In this document: positions 8,796-11,395 of the stretch, in pieces
How positions within the stretch are numbered: the first letter of the stretch is position 1
Layout: every line of letters starts with the position of its first letter
Origin: a virus
Taxonomy: Duplodnaviria > Heunggongvirae > Uroviricota > Caudoviricetes
Length of the DNA stretch: 11,395 nucleotides
Virus record (IMG/VR): IMGVR_UViG_2585427777_000024
Span: 1 to 11,395 of that record
Reading direction: 5' to 3' (one strand)
The notes under the pieces: generated by a model
Told to the model about the DNA's origin: nothing
Seen by the model: only the letters and a program-made list of their open reading frames with translations
The model's database searches: none
Position numbers and translations under genes: made by a program

Positions 8796-9653
8796 ATGCT
8801 GTTTGTGCTTATTCTAAGCCACCGGGCAGCATCATACGGGGCAATTATGGCCGCATTACCATACATGCAACTGTACATAGCTGATTACCTGGCTGACACC
8901 ATGCATTTGTCAGCAGAGGAGCATGGTGCGTATTTGTTGCTGATGTTCAATTACTGGCAAACAGGAAAGCCAATACCTAAAAACAGGCTGGCAAAAATTG
9001 CCCGTCTGACTAACGAGCGATGGGCTGATGTTGAACCATCCTTGCAGGAGTTTTTTTGCGATAACGGCGAGGAATGGGCGCATCTTCGGATTGAGGAAGA
9101 TCTGGCATCAGTCAGGGAAAAATTAACCAAAAAATCAGCCGCAGGAAAAGCATCTGTTCAGGCCAGAAGAAGCAGAAAGGAAGCAGATGTTCAAACAAAA
9201 CAAGAGAGAAATTTAACAGGTGTTCAAACAGATGTTGAAGTGGTGTTTGAACATGATGTCAACACAAAGGCAACTAATAAAGATACAGATAAAGATCTAA
9301 AAACAGATCCCCCCCTAAATCCCCCCCGGGGGAATCGAGGTGTCAAAAAGTTTGACCCTCTGGATATTGCTTTGCCGAACTGGATTTCTGTCTCGCTTTG
9401 GCGTGAGTGGGTTGAATTTCGCCAGGCATTGCGAAAACCGATTCGAACGGAGCAGGGCGCTAACGGGGCGATACGGGAGCTGGAAAAATTCCGCCAGCAG
9501 GGTTTTTCACCTGAGCAGGTGATTCGACACAGCATCGCCAATGAATACCAGGGCTTGTTCGCGCCGAAAGGTGTTCGACCTGAGACGTTACTCCGACAGG
9601 TTAACACCGTCTCGTTACCGGATAGTGCGATCCCGCCAGGCTTCAGGGGGTAA
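8796..9653 (+). CDS. ydaU: YdaU replication-initiator (lambda O-like) protein, 285 aa
   Basis: Full ORF; a possible alternative start is at 8847 (ACGGGG 5 nt upstream). Contains internal iteron-like repeats and a Pro-rich linker, as in lambda O. Confidence 0.8.
   Translation: MLFVLILSHRAASYGAIMAALPYMQLYIADYLADTMHLSAEEHGAYLLLMFNYWQTGKPIPKNRLAKIARLTNERWADVEPSLQEFFCDNGEEWAHLRIEEDLASVREKLTKKSAAGKASVQARRSRKEADVQTKQERNLTGVQTDVEVVFEHDVNTKATNKDTDKDLKTDPPLNPPRGNRGVKKFDPLDIALPNWISVSLWREWVEFRQALRKPIRTEQGANGAIRELEKFRQQGFSPEQVIRHSIANEYQGLFAPKGVRPETLLRQVNTVSLPDSAIPPGFRG
9184..9335. repeat. Candidate prophage replication origin: iteron-like TGTTCAAACA repeats, an AT-rich stretch, then C7-TAAAT-C7-G5 homopolymer tracts
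   Basis: TGTTCAAACA at 9188-9197 and 9221-9230, inverted copy TGTTTGAACA at 9244-9253, partial CAGATGTTGAA at 9229-9239. AT-rich 9262-9300. C and G runs at 9309-9332. All lie inside ydaU. Confidence 0.45.
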
Positions 9654-9659
9654 CTGACC

Positions 9660-10622
9660 ATGAAAAATATTGCGACAGGCGACGTTCTTGAACGTATCCG
9701 CAGACTGGCCCCGTCACATGTAACCGCGCCATTCAAGACGGTAGCGGAGTGGCGCGAGTGGCAACTTTCCGAAGGCCAGAAACGTTGTGAGGAGATCAAC
9801 CGTCAGAATCGTCAGTTGCGGGTGGAAAAAATTCTGAATCGCTCTGGCATCCAGCCATTGCACCGCAAATGCTCGTTTTCGAATTACCAGGTGCAGAACG
9901 AAGCGCAGCGATACGCGTTGAGTCAGGCGAAATCCATCGCTGATGAACTGATGACCGGGTGTACAAATTTTGCGTTCAGCGGAAAACCTGGTACCGGGAA
10001 GAACCACTTAGCGGCAGCTACTCGCGGCCTTAATAAGAAAAACTCTAAGCCGACAATAATCAATAAAGATTACAGTGTAGATACACTACTATCAGAGCTA
10101 TTTTTGAATGGCGCACACATGGAGCAACCCAACGTACACAACGTTTCTGAGGGAAACATGAAGTTCTATGATGAATGCCATGCTGGATTAATCAGACCAA
10201 TACCCGCTCCAATAGGCGCGTCATACGATGAAGAGATCACAATTAATTCTCCAGATTGGCAAAAGCTCGCGTGTGTAGCTTTACGCCGCTATCAGTCGAA
10301 GGAATGTCATGACGGAATGCAATGGGATACAACCGATCATGGTTGGACTGATGTAATCGCGTATCCATTCGTCGAAGAAATACAATCAATGGATAATAGT
10401 GGTTATCGACAATGTTTAGTTGGGCTGGTCACAATAAACAATTCAAATGCAAATTCTCCGTACCTATCTACCGTTTGGATACATCCATTTTATCGCAGGA
10501 GAGGGTTATTAAGTAAGTTATGGCCAAAATTACAAGAGTTATATGGAAGTAACTTCGAAATTGAGCGACCTAATGAAAATATGAAAGCATTTCTGAAAAG
10601 TGCGAAACACGCAGATTACTAA
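9660..10622 (+). CDS. Chimeric ORF, 320 aa: N-terminal ~120 aa of a DnaC/IstB-like helicase loader (YdaV) through the P-loop GKPGTGKN-HLAAA, fused in frame to ~200 aa of unrelated AT-rich sequence
   Basis: N-terminus MKNIATGDVLERIRRLAPSH... recalled as Rac YdaV. After HLAAA (about 10017-10022) the protein has no Walker B or sensor motifs. Hand-counted 60-bp samples give ~52% GC before the junction and ~37% after. Confidence 0.7.
   Translation: MKNIATGDVLERIRRLAPSHVTAPFKTVAEWREWQLSEGQKRCEEINRQNRQLRVEKILNRSGIQPLHRKCSFSNYQVQNEAQRYALSQAKSIADELMTGCTNFAFSGKPGTGKNHLAAATRGLNKKNSKPTIINKDYSVDTLLSELFLNGAHMEQPNVHNVSEGNMKFYDECHAGLIRPIPAPIGASYDEEITINSPDWQKLACVALRRYQSKECHDGMQWDTTDHGWTDVIAYPFVEEIQSMDNSGYRQCLVGLVTINNSNANSPYLSTVWIHPFYRRRGLLSKLWPKLQELYGSNFEIERPNENMKAFLKSAKHADY
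10158..10622 (+). CDS. Possible independent gene inside the chimeric ORF: 154-aa GNAT-like acetyltransferase candidate
   Basis: Internal ATG at 10158 preceded by GAGGGAAAC. Motif YLSTVWIHPFYRRRGLLSKL resembles GNAT motif A (beta4-alpha3, R-x-x-G-x-G/A-like), but the region after the motif is shorter than typical. Assignment is by eye only. Confidence 0.35.
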   Translation: MKFYDECHAGLIRPIPAPIGASYDEEITINSPDWQKLACVALRRYQSKECHDGMQWDTTDHGWTDVIAYPFVEEIQSMDNSGYRQCLVGLVTINNSNANSPYLSTVWIHPFYRRRGLLSKLWPKLQELYGSNFEIERPNENMKAFLKSAKHADY

Positions 10623-10733
10623 TTTATGAATCAGTCTGTGGAGTTAGAGTTGGTGTGAACAAGTAGGGTAAGAGCCTCAACGTGATGCTATGCCGACCTG
10701 CTCCCTGAGAATTCACACAGAAGGCTGCTAGCA

Positions 10734-11024
10734 ATGTCTGCAGATCGCTCAAAGCGGACTAGAAGGTTAGCTTGCGTCGGACTTGGCGTATTTAAAGAAG
10801 TGCTGGTGGTGACTGGTTGTTGTGTTCCATTTCTACAGAACAAAATCACAGAAACTATACCCAATAGTTGTATCTCATCAATGATGAGACAGCCTCATAT
10901 TTATCAGGACTGGTGTACGTCCAATACAGGAGGTTGTCGTGCTGGTTCTCAAATGTGCGCTGGCTATTGCAGCTGTAATGGCAATTTATTGTCTTGCTGT
11001 TGTTCTTATGGATCGCTTTTCTGA
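10734..11024 (+). CDS. Hypothetical 96-aa ORF with a Cys/Gly/Ser-rich C-terminus (12 Cys)
   Basis: The only long open frame in 10623-11035 (open from 10686). Weak SD. The Cys-rich tail overlaps a better-supported +1-frame hydrophobic peptide and has T-rich first codon positions, so at least the 3' part may be non-coding. Confidence 0.25.
   Translation: MSADRSKRTRRLACVGLGVFKEVLVVTGCCVPFLQNKITETIPNSCISSMMRQPHIYQDWCTSNTGGCRAGSQMCAGYCSCNGNLLSCCCSYGSLF
10873..10889. promoter_or_regulatory. 17-bp perfect palindrome TCTCATCA-A-TGATGAGA
   Basis: Seen directly. It lies ~40 bp upstream of the AGGAGG SD at 10928-10933. The 1-nt centre argues for a dimeric protein-binding site rather than an RNA hairpin. 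Confidence 0.4.
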
Positions 11025-11028
11025 TTGA
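10939..11028 (+). CDS. Candidate 29-aa hydrophobic (single-TM-like) peptide, GTG start: (M)LVLKCALAIAAVMAIYCLAVVLMDRFSD
   Basis: Consensus SD AGGAGG (10928-10933), 5-nt spacer, GTG at 10939. First codon positions are G-rich (13 of 29), unlike the overlapping frame. It ends 8 bp before the hok promoter -35. Confidence 0.35.
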   Translation: MLVLKCALAIAAVMAIYCLAVVLMDRFSD

Positions 11029-11035
11029 TTTTATA

Positions 11036-11064
11036 TTGGCGAGGTAACGGGAGTTAAGTAGAAT
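11036..11064 (+). promoter_or_regulatory. Candidate hok/mok mRNA promoter: -35 TTGGCG, 17-bp spacer, -10 TAGAAT
   Basis: Hexamers at 11036-11041 and 11059-11064. The predicted start (~11071) precedes GCTTGAGGCT, which resembles the 5' end of plasmid R1 hok mRNA as recalled. Confidence 0.4.
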
Positions 11065-11124
11065 GGCTGCGGGTGCTTGAGGCTATCTGTCTCAGGCATG
11101 AACACCAAAGGCAGATAGAGAAAA

Positions 11125-11226
11125 GCCCCAGTTAACATTACGCGTCCTGCAAGACGCTTAACATTAATCTGAGGCTCAATCTATGAACGGCAAATCTAGG
11201 TTAGCCTCTTACGTGCCGAAAGGCAA
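11125..11226 (-). ncRNA. Candidate Sok-like antisense RNA with its promoter (-35 TTGCCT at 11226-11221, -10 TAACCT at 11203-11198), antisense to the mok translation-initiation region
   Basis: Inferred from hok/sok architecture and weak promoter hexamers with 17-nt spacing. The RNA 3' end was not located, and no clear terminator was found. Confidence 0.3.
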
Positions 11227-11395
11227 GGAGAAGCAGGCTATGAAGCAGCAAAAGGCGATGTTAATCGCCCTGATCGTCATCTGTTTAACCGTCATAGTGA
11301 CGGCACTGGTAACGAGGAAAGACCTCTGCGAGGTACGAATCCGAACCGGCCAGACGGAGGTCGCTGTCTTCACAGCTTACGAACCTGAGGAGTAA
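11183..11395 (+). CDS. Mok-like reading frame, 70 aa, in-frame N-terminal extension of Hok
   Basis: ATG at 11183 preceded by GAGGCT with an 8-nt spacer. The 70-aa frame is co-terminal with hok. Confidence 0.5.
   Translation: MNGKSRLASYVPKGKEKQAMKQQKAMLIALIVICLTVIVTALVTRKDLCEVRIRTGQTEVAVFTAYEPEE
11240..11395 (+). CDS. hokD: Hok/Gef-family type I toxin, 51 aa, sequence of HokD (RelF)
   Basis: MKQQKAMLIALIVICLTVIVTALVTRKDLCEVRIRTGQTEVAVFTAYEPEE matches recalled HokD/RelF. AAGGAG lies 9 nt upstream. The window ends at its stop codon. Confidence 0.9.
   Translation: MKQQKAMLIALIVICLTVIVTALVTRKDLCEVRIRTGQTEVAVFTAYEPEE

Noticed and set aside
9224-9799. 191-aa minus-strand ORF overlapping ydaU and the ydaV start
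   Set aside because: Antisense to two syntenic, well-supported genes; Ser/Arg-rich shadow-frame composition.
10709-10743. EcoRI (GAATTC), NheI (GCTAGC) and PstI (CTGCAG) hexamers within 35 bp around the ATG at 10734, suggesting a cloning scar
   Set aside because: The order and flanks do not match any standard prefix or suffix known to me; three 6-bp palindromes in 35 bp can occur by chance; no other sign of vector sequence.
1-11395. CRISPR arrays, tRNA or rRNA genes, IS elements
   Set aside because: No regularly spaced direct repeats, no cloverleaf-compatible segments recognised, and no transposase ORF or terminal inverted repeats seen.

Overview
This window is the left arm of a Rac-type cryptic lambdoid prophage of Escherichia coli, running from the integrase (whose stop codon is at base 1) to a point just past the replication module. 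The minus strand carries int, xis (ydaQ), ydaC, ralR (lar), recT, recE, racC, ydaE and kilR; then come sieB (+), ydaF and a ydaG-like small ORF (-), racR (-), and ydaS, ydaT, ydaU (+). Gene calls rest on recalled protein sequences (IntR, RalR, RecT, RecE, RacC, YdaE, KilR, SieB, HokD) plus synteny; no database search or HMM was run. The collinear Rac-like sequence stops inside the DnaC-like loader gene ydaV at about 10017-10022, directly after the P-loop, where the reading frame continues into an AT-rich segment of different composition. That segment encodes about 200 unrelated residues whose last ~154 aa look weakly GNAT-acetyltransferase-like. It is followed by ~410 bp of unassigned DNA (a 17-bp perfect palindrome, a strong Shine-Dalgarno ahead of a 29-aa hydrophobic peptide, and an overlapping Cys-rich 96-aa ORF) and then an apparently complete hok/mok/sok-type type I toxin locus whose Hok is the HokD/RelF sequence but without relBE upstream. 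The most interesting candidate is the junction segment 10020-11035: a possible moron or toxin/defence cargo inserted at the replication-module boundary, with function unassigned. Other observations are a terminator-like hairpin upstream of kilR, ATGTACT repeats flanking racR, and iteron-like repeats inside ydaU.
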